From positions 125,464-189,463 of the forward strand of contig CAWAUD010000014.1 in NCBI GenBank assembly GCA_963785085.1: a stretch of 64,000 nt of DNA, given 5' to 3'. Position 1 is the first letter of the stretch, and the number at the start of each line of letters is the position of its first letter. The translations under genes were made by a program, and so were the position numbers. Below are positions 1-10,335 of this stretch, piece by piece. The stretch comes from an uncultured Solirubrobacterales bacterium. Its GTDB lineage: Bacteria > Actinomycetota > Thermoleophilia > Solirubrobacterales > JBBDJG01. The notes under the pieces are model-generated. The model was given only the letters and a program-made list of their open reading frames with translations. It was not told the DNA's origin and did no database searches.

Positions 1-1060
1 CGCCTGTGACGATCGCCTCGGAATGGCCCGAGCCGTGATGGTTCACATGGTCGATCGCCTCGTCGAGGCTGTCCACCACCTTGACCGCCATCTTCAGGCC
101 GAGGTACTCGGTGTCCCAGTCCTCGTCCGTCGCGTCGGTCAGCCCGTCCGCCGCGTCGCCCGCAGCCGCGCGCGCCGCCGGGTCCACCAGCAGCTCGACG
201 CCCGCCGCGTGCAGATCGCCGAACACCTCGGGAATCAGCTTCGACGCGATGTCGCGGTGGACCAGCAGCGTCTCCGCGGAGTTGCACACACCGGGGCGCT
301 GGACCTTGGCGTTGTAGGCGATTCGCCGTGCCATCTCGACGTCGGCGGAGCCATCGACGTAGACGTGGCAGTTGCCGGCGGCCGCGTAGATCACGGGCAC
401 GGTGGCATTGGCCTTCAGGATCTTCTTCAGGCCCTCGCCCCCGCGCGGGATGACGAGGTCCACAAGACCGTCCTGCTGGATCAGCTCGAGGAGGTCGGAG
501 CGGTCGCCGCCGGGCAGGATGACCACCGAGCCCTCGGGCAGGCCCGCGGCCTCGCCGGCGGAAGCCGTGATCTCGGCCAGCGCGGCGTTCGAGCGCTGTG
601 CCATCGACGAACCGCGCAGCACGACCGCGTTACCCGACTTGATCGCCAGCGCGGCGGCGTCGACGGTCACGTTCGGGCGGGCCTCGTACACGATCGCGAT
701 CACGCCGATCGGGACGCGCACCTTCTTCAGCTCGAGGCCGTTGTAGAGCTCGCGCTCCTCCAGCAGCTCGCCGACCGGGTCCGGCAGCGCCGCGATGTCA
801 CGTACGGCTGCCGCAATCGCGGCAATCCGCTCGTCGTCGAGCGCGAGCCGGTCGAGCAGCGCGGCATCGAGGTCCGCATTGCGCCCGTCCTCCAGGTCGC
901 CCGCGTTCGCCTCGATGATCTCGCCCGCGCGCGCCTCCAGCGCGTCGGCGATCGCTTCGAGTGCCGCGTTCTTGACCTCGGCGGGAAGCGGCGCCAGCTC
1001 ATGCGAAGCCTCCTTCGCGCGCCGGCAGAGCTCCGCTACGGATTGGGTCGTCGTTGCCAT
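1..1060 (-). CDS. proA: Gamma-glutamyl phosphate reductase (3' end runs off window)
   Basis: Not in ORF track; manual translation from ATG 1060: MATTTQSVAELCRRAKEAS...VPIGVIAIVYEARPNVTVD...IPRGGEGL...GNCHVYVD...QRPGVCNSAETLLVH...GSGHSEAIVT; directly downstream of proB. Confidence 0.95.
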   Translation of the reverse strand, partial: MATTTQSVAELCRRAKEASHELAPLPAEVKNAALEAIADALEARAGEIIEANAGDLEDGRNADLDAALLDRLALDDERIAAIAAAVRDIAALPDPVGELLEERELYNGLELKKVRVPIGVIAIVYEARPNVTVDAAALAIKSGNAVVLRGSSMAQRSNAALAEITASAGEAAGLPEGSVVILPGGDRSDLLELIQQDGLVDLVIPRGGEGLKKILKANATVPVIYAAAGNCHVYVDGSADVEMARRIAYNAKVQRPGVCNSAETLLVHRDIASKLIPEVFGDLHAAGVELLVDPAARAAAGDAADGLTDATDEDWDTEYLGLKMAVKVVDSLDEAIDHVNHHGSGHSEAIVTG

Positions 1061-1090
1061 TCGAAAAGGGTAACGGCAGAGAACGGTGGC

Positions 1091-2191
1091 CTATGTCAAA
1101 ACGAAGTAATCGCGGTGGACGGCCTCTTCGCTCGCGCGCGGCAGAACTTCGCGCACCGCATCGCTCTTGAGGCCCTTGACGCGGCGTAGCTCCGCCGAGG
1201 AGTAGTTGGAGATCCCCTTCCCCACCGCGCGCCGCCCGTCAGACGCGGCCGCCACCTCGACGGCGTCGCCCGCTCCGAACTCGCCCTCCACCTCGACGAC
1301 GCCGACCGGCAGCAGGCTGGTGCCCTGCTCGCGCAGCGCGCGCTCGGCGCCCTGGTCGACGATCACGCGTCCGCGCGCCGCCTTCGCGTAGCGCAGCCAC
1401 AGCTTGAAGCTCGACTGCGTGCGCTCCTGCGGGTGGAAGCGCGTGCCGACCGGCTCGCCCGCGAGCGCGCGCGCCAGCGTCCCCGGCTGCGCGCCGCTGC
1501 AGATCACGACGGGGATGCCGGCGGCCGTCGCCATCTCCGCGGCGAGCACCTTGCTTCGCATTCCGCCCGACCCGAGATGCGAGCTCGACATGCCGATCTC
1601 GTAGCTGTGCAGCTCCTCGAGGTCGTGCACCTCGGAGACCTGCTTCGCACCGGAGTCGCCGCGCGGGTCGCCGGTGTACAGGGCGTCGACATCGGACAGG
1701 ATCACCAGCAGGTCCGCGGGGAGCAGGATCGCCGCCTGCGCCGCCAGGATGTCGTTGTCGCCGAAGCTGATCTCGTCCGTGGAGGTGGTGTCGTTCTCGT
1801 TCACCACCGGGACCACTCCCCACTCCAGCAGCTTGGCCAGCGTGCGGCGCGCGTTCACGTACTGCATCCGTGCCGAGATGTCGAAGAACGTCAGCAGCAC
1901 CTGAGCCGAGCGGACGCCGTGCTCGGCGAGCATCCCCGCGTACACGTCGTAGAGCGGTCCCTGTCCGACCGCCGACGCCGCCTGAAGCTCCTCCATCGCG
2001 GTCGGGCGGAAGGGCATCCCCATCTGGCGCATGCCGAGCGCGATCGCGCCGGAGGTGACCATCGCGATCGACTCGCCGCGGCCACAAGCATCCGCCACCT
2101 GCGAGCAGATCTCCCGCAGGACGTCCGTCCGCACGTCACCTGCATCATCGGCAACGAGGGTCGATCCCATCTTTATGACGCAAACGCTCAT
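1091..2191 (-). CDS. proB: Glutamate 5-kinase with PUA domain
   Basis: VIKMGS, VTSGAIALG, AVGQ, PVVNENDT, FGDND, GSGGMRSK, C-terminal PUA (SLLPVGV...VHRD). Confidence 0.97.
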   Translation of the reverse strand: MSVCVIKMGSTLVADDAGDVRTDVLREICSQVADACGRGESIAMVTSGAIALGMRQMGMPFRPTAMEELQAASAVGQGPLYDVYAGMLAEHGVRSAQVLLTFFDISARMQYVNARRTLAKLLEWGVVPVVNENDTTSTDEISFGDNDILAAQAAILLPADLLVILSDVDALYTGDPRGDSGAKQVSEVHDLEELHSYEIGMSSSHLGSGGMRSKVLAAEMATAAGIPVVICSGAQPGTLARALAGEPVGTRFHPQERTQSSFKLWLRYAKAARGRVIVDQGAERALREQGTSLLPVGVVEVEGEFGAGDAVEVAAASDGRRAVGKGISNYSSAELRRVKGLKSDAVREVLPRASEEAVHRDYFVLT

Positions 2192-2200
2192 GGCCTCACC

Positions 2201-2231
2201 ACTGCCGACTGCCGACTCCCGACTGCCGACT
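2201..2231. repeat. Heptamer tandem array (ACTGCCG)x4 between obgE and proB
   Basis: actgccg actgccg actcccg actgccg act. Confidence 0.85.
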
Positions 2232-3528
2232 ATCCCGGATACAGCTCAAACGTAACCGCTCCGATCTCCACTTCGTCCCCGGGCTGGAAACCCTTCGCAT
2301 CCAGGTCCTTCATGACTCCCATCGCCCGCAGGCGCTCCTCGATGTAGTCGCGCGACTCGGCGTTGTCGATGTCGTGGCGGGCCAGCAGGCGCTCGACCGC
2401 CGGTCCCTCGATGCGGAACGAGCGCGCCCCTGCCGGCACGACGCGCCACCCGCCGCGCTCGGTGGGCCGGAACACCGCGTGCTCGGCCACGCCGTCCTCG
2501 GCCTCGCCCGTCACGGCCACTTCATCCTCGGGGCGGCGGGGTGTTCGCGAAGATCGCGTGGCGCAGCTCGTCGAGGCCCTGGCCCGTGGCGCTCGAGACC
2601 GCGAGCACCGGCTCACCGCCGAGGCGCCCGGCGAACTCGCGCCGCTGAGCCTCGACCTCCGCGGGCGGCATCAGGTCCGCCTTGCTCAAGACGACGATCG
2701 CCGGACGCTCCGCGAGACCCGCGCCGTAGAGGCGCAGCTCGTCGCGGACCGACGCGAAGGTCATCCCAGGGATCGCCGCCGGCGGGTGGCGCGATGTCGA
2801 CCAGATGGACCAGCAGGCGCGTCCGCTCGACGTGGGCGAGGAACTCGTGTCCGAGCCCGGCCCCGGCCGCGGCACCTTCGATCAGCCCGGGGATGTCTGC
2901 GAGCACCAGCTGGCGGCCCTCCGGGTCCTCGACCGTGCCCAGGGCCGGCTCGAGCGTCGTGAAGGGGTAGTCGCCGACCTTCGGCTGCGCCCGGGTGAGC
3001 CGCCGCAGGAGCGAGGACTTGCCGGCGTTGGGAGCGCCCACGATCCCCACGTCGGCGAGCAGCTTGAGACGCAGCTCGAGCGTCGCCTCTTCTCCCGAGC
3101 AGCCCCTGCTCGGCAAAGCGGGGGGCCTGCCGGGTCGACGTCGCGAACCGGCGGTTGCCACGCCCGCCGGAGCCGCCGCGGGCGACGACCGCGCGCTGCC
3201 CGTCGCGGCGCAGGTCGTGCGTCACGCCCTGCTCGGCGTCCTCGACGACCGTTCCCGCGGGTACCGCGAGGACGAGGTCCTCCCCGGCCGCGCCGTGACG
3301 CTGTGCCCCGCTTCCATGGCCGCCGCGCTGCGCCGGGTGATGGCGCTTTCCGCGAAATGCCGCGAGATCCCGCAGGTTCGCATCGGCGACCAGCACGACG
3401 TCGCCGCCCCGCCCGCCGTCGCCCCCATCGGGCCCTCCGCGCGGCACGTGGGCCTCGCGGCGGAAGCTCACGCAGCCGTTCCCGCCGCCTCCGGCCTGCA
3501 CCTCGATCGTTACCCGGTCATAGAGCAT
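2230..3528 (-). CDS. obgE: GTPase ObgE/CgtA (frameshifted in assembly)
   Basis: [37 protein letters not shown]; [14 protein letters not shown]; DYPFTTL; DIPGLIEGA; C-terminal GDEVEIG; split over four ORFs. Confidence 0.93.
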
Positions 3529-3615
3529 GATTTCGTTCCTGGCCGCCGGCCATGGGCTTTGTACTTGCGGTGCATGCCCTTTCCGGGAAATACTGCACCG
3601 TGCGCTCCAGCAGGG

Positions 3616-4007
3616 TGACACTCGCGAGAGAGATGTGGGAGGCGACCCAGGAGGGTGGCGCCGAGGCCGCGCTCGCCATGGCGGAGCCTCAGGTGGAGTG
3701 GATCTTCCACGTCGCCCAGGGCCGCACCTTCCGCAGCGACGAGCTGCTCGCCTTCCTCAACAGCTTCGAGGGCGACCGGGACATCCTCTACGGCCGGCTG
3801 TATTCGGTGCGGGAGCGCGATCTGCTGGTCGTGTCGTCCGGCAGCTTCCGGCTCACCGGCCCGGACGGGATCACCGAGCATCAGATCCACTTCGTCGCCG
3901 AGTTCGACAGCGACGACAAGCTGCTGCGCGTGCGGTCGTATCCGACCGCTGCCGCAGCGGCCGAGGCGGCAGGCCTCGACGCGCAGCCGCAGTCCGGGAA
4001 CGCGTAG
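3616..4007 (+). CDS. Small SnoaL/NTF2-like hypothetical protein
   Basis: MTLAREMWEA...EPQVEW...IHFVAEFD..LLRVRSYPTAAAAAEAAGL; C-terminal pattern resembles SnoaL-like proteins; start chosen at GTG 3616 (ORF track 3552). Confidence 0.6.
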
Positions 4008-4259
4008 CTACTCGGGCAGGATCGTGATCGTGCGGCCCTTGCGGCCGCTGCGGAACTCGACGCGGCCGGGCCGTGCGGCGAAGATCGTGTCGTCGCGGCC
4101 GATGCCCGCGCCGGGACCCGGCTTGAACCGGGTGCCGCGCTGGCGCACGATGATCTCGCCGCCGGAGACGCGCTCGCCTGCGAACACCTTCACGCCGAGG
4201 CGCTGGGACTGGGAGTCACGCCCGTTGCGGCTGGAGCCAAGCCCTTTCTTATGAGCCAT
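4008..4259 (-). CDS. rpmA: 50S ribosomal protein L27
   Basis: [24 protein letters not shown]...IIVRQRGT. Confidence 0.98.
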   Translation of the reverse strand: MAHKKGLGSSRNGRDSQSQRLGVKVFAGERVSGGEIIVRQRGTRFKPGPGAGIGRDDTIFAARPGRVEFRSGRKGRTITILPE

Positions 4260-4660
4260 CTTCTTCCTTCTCTTCCTTCTCTTCCGTCTTTGCTGCGGAC
4301 GCGGCCTTACCCGAACCCTCAGCAGACCCTTTCGCCGCCTTAGCGGCGGAAGGCCCTTTTATCTCCTTGATCTCCAGGCGGGTCAGCAGGGACCTGTGCC
4401 CGTGCGCGCTTGCGGTAGCGCTTCTTCGGCCGGTACTTGAACACCCGGATCTTCTCGCCCTTGATGTGCTCGGCCACGACCGCGTCGACCTTGACCTTGG
4501 CCAGGTCCGCGCCGTCGAACACCGTCTCATCCGAGCGGTAGAGCAACGCCCGCGGGCTGACCTTGGCGCCCTCCTTCTCGGGCACGCGGTCGACGACGAC
4601 GGAGTCGCCCTTCTCGACGCGGTACTGCTTACCGCCCATCTCGATGATCGCGTAGGCCAT
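4249..4660 (-). CDS. rplU: 50S ribosomal protein L21 with Ala/Lys/Glu-rich C-terminal tail (one frameshift near 4408)
   Basis: [19 protein letters not shown]...[10 protein letters not shown] then [15 protein letters not shown] in the neighbouring frame. Confidence 0.93.
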
Positions 4661-4683
4661 TGGTCAGGATCCGGAGTGGTTGC

Positions 4684-6651
4684 TCAGGCCGAGCCGTTGC
4701 CGGTCTTTGCGCGCGAACGCCGCCGGCCGCCTCTGCGGCCACGGCGGCGTCTGCCCGTCGAGCCGGTCGATTGTACCTGCTCGCCTTCGCCATCGGACGT
4801 GCCGGATTCGGCGTCGCCCTCGGCCCCGTTGGGCGATATCCCCGCGGCGCTGACGACCTCCACCGGCTCCGGACTGCCGTCGCCCGAGCCGTTGTCGGTC
4901 ACGACCACGGCGTAGGCGGCGGTGCGCTTGACCTCCTCGATCCGGATCAGCTTCTTCTGCCCGACGTGCGGGCCGCCGCCGGCGATCGAGATCACGTAGC
5001 CGTCGATCTTGGCGATCGCGTCGTCCTCGTTGTACATGTGAGGCTCCTCGATCTTGATCAGGACCTCCTCGCCCTTGCTGAACGGCAGGGCGCGGTGCTC
5101 GATCTCCTCGCGGGTCCCCTCGGCCGTGATCTGGAACGTGTCCAGCGGGCTGTGCTCGGTTCCGTGGAAGTGGAAGTGGCGCCCGGTTTCCTCCTCGAGC
5201 TCCTTCAGCGGCTTGCCGCCGCCGCCGATCAGGATCGCGGCGACCTTCGGGTGCACCTGCACGAGGAACGCCTCGGACTTCGACTCCTTCACCAGGGCCC
5301 GGAGCGTACGCTCGACGTCGATCGCGATCGTCTCCTCGGAGCGGATCAACCCCTCGCCGTTGCAGGTCGGGCAGGTCTTGTTCATGATCTCCCGCACGCC
5401 CTCGGAGACGTTCTGGCGCGTCATCTCGACCAGCCCGAGCGGCGAGATCTCGACGACGTGAGTGCGGGTGCGGTCCTGGTCCAGCGCCTTGCGCAGGACG
5501 TCCAGCACCTTGTCGCGGTTGCGCGTGTAGGCCATGTCGATGAAGTCGATGACGATGATCCCGCCGATGTCGCGCAGCCGCAGCTGGCGCACGACCTCCT
5601 CGGCGGCCTGGAGGTTCGTCTTGACGATCGTGTCCTCGAGGCTGCCGCGGCCGCGGCCCGTGTAGCTGCCGGTGTTGACGTCGATGACAGTCAGCGCCTC
5701 GGCGTGGTCGATCATCAGGTAGCCGCCATGCGGCAGGTCGACCCGGCGCTCCATCGCGGCGTCGAAGGCGTCCTCGATGCCGAACTTGTAGAACAGGTCG
5801 TCGCCCTTGTAGAGCTCGACTCGGTCCACCAGCTCCGGCGCGGTGCGCTGGAAGAAGCTCGTCACCCGGTGGTGCTGCTTCTCGTCGTCGATCACCGCGC
5901 GCTCGAACTCGCGCGTGAACACGTCGCGCACGACCCGGACGGACAGGTCGGCCTCCTGGAAGGCCAGCGACGGAGCGGGCGAGTCCTCGACGCGGCTCTG
6001 GAGGACCTCCTGGAGCCGGTAGAGGTACTTCAGCTCCCGCTGCATGTCGATCTTGCGGGCGCCGTAGGCCGCGGTGCGGATGATCACGCCGCCGCGCTCG
6101 ACCTTCAGCCCGGAGGCCAGCTTCCGCAGCCGCTCGCGCTCCGCGTCCGGCAGCTTGCGGGAGACCCCGAATCCGTCGCCATAAGGCTGGTAGACGAGGT
6201 AGCGACCCGGGATCGAGAGATCCATCGTGAGCCGGGCGCCCTTCGTGCCGATCGGGTCCTTGGTGACCTGGACCACGATCTCCTGCTTGGGCTTCAGCAG
6301 GTCCGAGATCTTCGGACCGCCGCCCCGGCCGCGCCCGCGGCGCTGGGCCTTGCCGTCAGGCGTGACGATCTCGTCGACGTGGAGGAAGCCGTTCTTCTCC
6401 GCGCCGATGTCGACGAATGAGGCCTCCATCCCGGACAGGACGTTGTCGACCCGGCCCTTGTAGATGTTGCCGACGATCGACCGGCGGCCGCGGCGCTCGA
6501 TGTAGAGCTCGGCGACCCGCCAGTTCGAATCAGTGGAACTCGATCGGCCGCGGGATCGCCCGCGTCCCTCCTTCTCCAGGGCTCCACGCCCCTCCAGGAT
6601 GGCGACCCGCGTCTCTCCGCGGTCGACCGAGACCAGTACTTGCTTGCGCAT
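4684..6651 (-). CDS. Rne/Rng family ribonuclease with C-terminal TRAM-like segment
   Basis: GNIYKGRVDNVL..FVDIG (S1), KDPIGTKGARLT, VIDVNTG, LRLRDIGGIIVIDFIDM, CPTCNGEG Zn link. Confidence 0.95.
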   Translation of the reverse strand: MRKQVLVSVDRGETRVAILEGRGALEKEGRGRSRGRSSSTDSNWRVAELYIERRGRRSIVGNIYKGRVDNVLSGMEASFVDIGAEKNGFLHVDEIVTPDGKAQRRGRGRGGGPKISDLLKPKQEIVVQVTKDPIGTKGARLTMDLSIPGRYLVYQPYGDGFGVSRKLPDAERERLRKLASGLKVERGGVIIRTAAYGARKIDMQRELKYLYRLQEVLQSRVEDSPAPSLAFQEADLSVRVVRDVFTREFERAVIDDEKQHHRVTSFFQRTAPELVDRVELYKGDDLFYKFGIEDAFDAAMERRVDLPHGGYLMIDHAEALTVIDVNTGSYTGRGRGSLEDTIVKTNLQAAEEVVRQLRLRDIGGIIVIDFIDMAYTRNRDKVLDVLRKALDQDRTRTHVVEISPLGLVEMTRQNVSEGVREIMNKTCPTCNGEGLIRSEETIAIDVERTLRALVKESKSEAFLVQVHPKVAAILIGGGGKPLKELEEETGRHFHFHGTEHSPLDTFQITAEGTREEIEHRALPFSKGEEVLIKIEEPHMYNEDDAIAKIDGYVISIAGGGPHVGQKKLIRIEEVKRTAAYAVVVTDNGSGDGSPEPVEVVSAAGISPNGAEGDAESGTSDGEGEQVQSTGSTGRRRRGRRGGRRRSRAKTGNGSA

Positions 6652-6699
6652 AAAACTCCTTAATTGACTTGGTTCGCGCGCTGCGCGCGTAAGCAGGCC

Positions 6700-7902
6700 T
6701 CATGCGATTGCCTCCGGTTTCGATGCGGAGGCCTCGCGGGCCTGCACGTAGACGCTCTGCAACAGCCCGAGGGCGGCGAGCGTCACGACCACGGATGAGC
6801 CTCCATAGCTCATCAGTGGCAGGGGTATGCCTGTTATCGGCATGATCCCTACGTTACCGCCAACGTTCACGAACACCTGTGTCAGGAGCATGGCGCCCAC
6901 TCCGGCGGCAATCAGCGCGCCGTACAGGTTCTTCGAGATCGTCAGGATCCGCAGGGAGCGCCATATCAGCAGCGCGTACAGCGACAGGACGATCGCGGCA
7001 CCGACGAAGCCGTAGCGTTCGCCGACCACCGCGAAGATGAAATCGGTGTGGTTCTCGGGCAGGAAGTCCAGCCGCGTCTGAGTTGCGGCCGTGCTCCCCC
7101 GGCCGGTCTTCCGGCCTGACCCGATCGCGATCTCCGATTGCTTGAGCTGATAGCCCTGGCTTTGGGGATCGACGTTGTTCTTGTCGAGGAACGCCGTCAG
7201 GCGGTCCTTCTGGTAGCCCTTCAGCACCGGCATACCGACAGCCGGCGCGACGATCAGGACGAGCGCCGCGGCGACTGCCGCGAGACCGCCCAGTGCGGCG
7301 AAGTGGGTCCATTTGGTGCCCGCTACGAAGAGCAGCGCAAAGGTGATCGTCACGTAGACGATGCCGGTCCCGAGGTCGGGCTGGGCCATCACGAGCAGCG
7401 TCGGGATCAGCGCCAGCAGCATCACCCGCGACGTCACCTCCCGGTCGGAGCCGCGCCGCACCCGGTCGAGCACGAACGCGGACAGGGCGAGCACGAGCAG
7501 CAACTTGCCGATCTCCGAAGGCTGGAAGCGGAAGAACGGCAGCTCGATCCAGCGCCGTGAGCCGCGCGTCGCGCCGCCGACGACCAGCACGAACAGGATC
7601 AGGCCGATCATCGACACGTACAGCGCCGTGCGCAGCTCCCGCAGGCGCGAGTAGTCGAACGACGCGACCAGCAGCATCAGCGCGATGCCGAAGACGGCGT
7701 ACACCGCCTGCCGCGTCACGAAGTAGTCCGGCGCGCCCGGCACGTCCGCCGCGGTTGCGGCGTCGAGCGTCACGAGGGAGAAGGCCAGCAGCGCCAGGGT
7801 CGCCGCGAGGAGCAGCAGGTCGAGCCGCAGGAGGCGCTGGCGCGGGTCGGCCGGCCCTCGCTGGGCGCCGGTGCCGAAGGGCTGTGGGCGTGGTTGCGTC
7901 AT
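6700..7902 (-). CDS. rodA: Rod shape-determining protein RodA (SEDS family)
   Basis: RRWIEL, QPSEIGK, QPDLGT, LPENHTDFIF, MPITGIPLPLMSYGGSS; follows mrdA. Confidence 0.95.
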   Translation of the reverse strand: MTQPRPQPFGTGAQRGPADPRQRLLRLDLLLLAATLALLAFSLVTLDAATAADVPGAPDYFVTRQAVYAVFGIALMLLVASFDYSRLRELRTALYVSMIGLILFVLVVGGATRGSRRWIELPFFRFQPSEIGKLLLVLALSAFVLDRVRRGSDREVTSRVMLLALIPTLLVMAQPDLGTGIVYVTITFALLFVAGTKWTHFAALGGLAAVAAALVLIVAPAVGMPVLKGYQKDRLTAFLDKNNVDPQSQGYQLKQSEIAIGSGRKTGRGSTAATQTRLDFLPENHTDFIFAVVGERYGFVGAAIVLSLYALLIWRSLRILTISKNLYGALIAAGVGAMLLTQVFVNVGGNVGIMPITGIPLPLMSYGGSSVVVTLAALGLLQSVYVQAREASASKPEAIA

Positions 7903-7912
7903 CGGCGATCCA

Positions 7913-9784
7913 TCAGTTCGGGGCCTGCCCTGCCGACCCGACCGCCTTCTTGCCCTTGATCCCGAAGTAGGCGGCGAGGATCCGGCGTGCAGCGGGTGCC
8001 GCTGCCTCGGCGCCGAAGCCGCCGCGCTCGATCGTCACCGCGACCACCACCCGTGGGTCGGCGTAGGGCGCGGCGACCACGTACCAGGACTGGTCGCCCT
8101 GGGCTCCGCGCTCCGCGGTGCCGGTCTTGCCCGCCACGGTGATCGGGAACCCCTGGAACACCGGAGCCGACGTGCCGCCCGGGTCGTTGGCGGCGGCGCG
8201 CAGGCCGGACATGATCGCCGCGCGGAACTCCGGCTTGATGTTGACTCGCCGCCGCGCGCCGGGTGAGATCTCCTGGAGCGTGCGTCCCTCCTGATCCTCC
8301 GCCCGCAGCCCGATGTGCGGGGTGACGACCTTGCCGCCGTTCGCGATCGCGCTGTAGGCGACCGCCATCTGGAGCGGGTCCGCCTGCAGGTCTCCCTGCC
8401 CGACGGCCAGGTTGACGCTGTCGCCGGCGCTCCAGGGCCGGTCGGTGAGCTTCTTGCGGAACAACCGGTTCCGCCAGGCCGGGCTCGGGATCAGCCCGCC
8501 CACCTCTCCGGGAAGGTCGATGCCCGTCGGCTGCCCCAACCCCAGGCGGTGAGCCCACTTCTGGATCAGGTTGCCGCCGTGCTGGTCGGCCGCGAGGCCG
8601 AGCCGGTAGAAGAACACGTCGGAGGAGACCTGTAGCGCGCGCGGCAGCGAGAGCGCGCCGTAGGACGCGCCGCCGGCGTTCTTGAAGGTGACGCCCCCGA
8701 CGGTCAGTGACCCGCCGTCGAAGAGCACGCTCGTGGGCGAGATCAACCCTCCTTCGAGCGCCGATGTGGCGGTGATGAGCTTGAAGGCGGAGCCCGTCGG
8801 ATACAGGCCCTGGATCGCGCGGTTCGCCAGCGGCGCCCCGTTGGCGGGGTCGGTCAGCTTCTTGTACACCGACGCCTTCACTCCCTTCGAGAACACGTTC
8901 GGGTCGAAGCTTGGGTTGCTCCCCAGACCCAGGACCTCGCCGTTGCGCGGGTCCATCGCGACGAAGCCGCCCGGCTTGCCGTAGCTCTCGAGCGCCTGCT
9001 GGCCGGCCTTCTGCACGTCGAAGTCGATCGACAGCCGCAGGCGCTTGCCCGGGACCGGGCGCCGCACCGACAGCTCGCCCTTCGGCCGCCCCATCGCATC
9101 GACCTGGATGCGGCTGGCGCCGTTGCGCCCACGCAGGTACCGGTCGTACTCGTATTCGATGCCGGCCTGGCCGACCCGGTCCCCGAGCTCCACGCCGTCG
9201 TAGCCGGGCTCCTTCAGCTGCTTCTCGGTGACCTCGCCAAGCTGGCCGAACAGGTGCGCGCCGATCGAGTGGTACGGGTACTTGCGCAGGTAGATGCGCT
9301 CGACGTCGACGCCGGGGAACTCGGTCTGGTGCTCCTGGAGATAGAGCACGTCGGTCAGCGCGACGTCGGTGCGGATGGTCACCGGGCTGAACGGCAGCTC
9401 GCGCACGCCGAGGCGGATCCGCTTGCGGACGGTCGCGGGCCGCATGCCGAGCGCGTGGCCGAGGCCGCGGACGACACGGGCCTTGCGGCGTGCGTCGGTG
9501 GGCAGCGCGTCGGGCTGGACCTGGACGACGAGGGCGGTGCGGTTGTCCACCAGCACGGTCCCGTTGCGGTCGACGATCTGACCGCGAGGCGCCTCGACCT
9601 TCACCTCGCGCACCCGGTTGTTGTTGGCCTCCGCGAGGTACTTGTCGCCCGACAGCACCTGCAGGTACCAGAGGCGCAGGAACACGATCGCGAACAGCGC
9701 GAGCGCGATCCCTCCGAGGATCGCCACGCGCAGCGCCAGCTGCGGTGTGACGATCATGCGCCGGTCTCCGCCAGGTAAATACAT
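7913..9784 (-). CDS. mrdA: Penicillin-binding protein 2
   Basis: RLWYLQV, APRGQIVDRNG, PTGSAFK (SxxK), SSD, AGKTGTAE. Confidence 0.95.
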   Translation of the reverse strand: MYLPGGDRRMIVTPQLALRVAILGGIALALFAIVFLRLWYLQVLSGDKYLAEANNNRVREVKVEAPRGQIVDRNGTVLVDNRTALVVQVQPDALPTDARRKARVVRGLGHALGMRPATVRKRIRLGVRELPFSPVTIRTDVALTDVLYLQEHQTEFPGVDVERIYLRKYPYHSIGAHLFGQLGEVTEKQLKEPGYDGVELGDRVGQAGIEYEYDRYLRGRNGASRIQVDAMGRPKGELSVRRPVPGKRLRLSIDFDVQKAGQQALESYGKPGGFVAMDPRNGEVLGLGSNPSFDPNVFSKGVKASVYKKLTDPANGAPLANRAIQGLYPTGSAFKLITATSALEGGLISPTSVLFDGGSLTVGGVTFKNAGGASYGALSLPRALQVSSDVFFYRLGLAADQHGGNLIQKWAHRLGLGQPTGIDLPGEVGGLIPSPAWRNRLFRKKLTDRPWSAGDSVNLAVGQGDLQADPLQMAVAYSAIANGGKVVTPHIGLRAEDQEGRTLQEISPGARRRVNIKPEFRAAIMSGLRAAANDPGGTSAPVFQGFPITVAGKTGTAERGAQGDQSWYVVAAPYADPRVVVAVTIERGGFGAEAAAPAARRILAAYFGIKGKKAVGSAGQAPN

Positions 9785-10335
9785 CAGGGACTCAGCCGCA
9801 GGTTGGTGATCGGGCGGCGGCGTGGGCGCATCTCCTCGATCAGGTCCGGTCGCAGGACCCGCCGCACGACCGCGAACACCGGCGGTGCGAAGAGGGCCGT
9901 CAGGATCGCCCCGACGAGGGCGTCGCGGGCGACGAGCCAGCTGACGGTCGAGTCCACGCCCAGGAGGAACTGGATCACCGCGAAGCAGGCGGAGAAGCAG
10001 AGCGCGGCGACGAAGCCGCCGAGCACCGGGACGAGCTTGTGGGTGGCGTCGCGCAGCTCCCGGTAGCGGCCGCCGAGGTAGCCCACGCCGGTCAGCAGCA
10101 GCGACGTGACGCCGAGCGTCTGCACGAGCGCCATGTCCGCCACGAGCCCGATCGAGAAGCCCACGATCGCGCCGGCGATCGGGCCGCCGAGCAGCCCCAC
10201 CGAGAGGGTCACGAGGACCAGCAGGTCCACGTTCGCCCCGAAGATCGTGATCTGCGTGACCACGGCGATCTCGAGCACCACGGTCAGCAGGACGAGCGCC
10301 GCGATCCGCAGCACGCCGGTGAAGCTCGCGGTCAC
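9784..10335 (-). CDS. mreD: Rod shape-determining protein MreD
   Basis: Multi-TM protein between mreC and mrdA; GTG start overlaps mreC stop. Confidence 0.85.
   Translation of the reverse strand: MTASFTGVLRIAALVLLTVVLEIAVVTQITIFGANVDLLVLVTLSVGLLGGPIAGAIVGFSIGLVADMALVQTLGVTSLLLTGVGYLGGRYRELRDATHKLVPVLGGFVAALCFSACFAVIQFLLGVDSTVSWLVARDALVGAILTALFAPPVFAVVRRVLRPDLIEEMRPRRRPITNLRLSP

Noticed and set aside
23-1189. 388-aa plus-strand ORF and other long antisense ORFs (e.g. 4660-6420, 35409-37076, 49511-51190)
   Set aside because: Shadow frames of real minus-strand genes, expected in high-GC DNA; no recognisable motifs.
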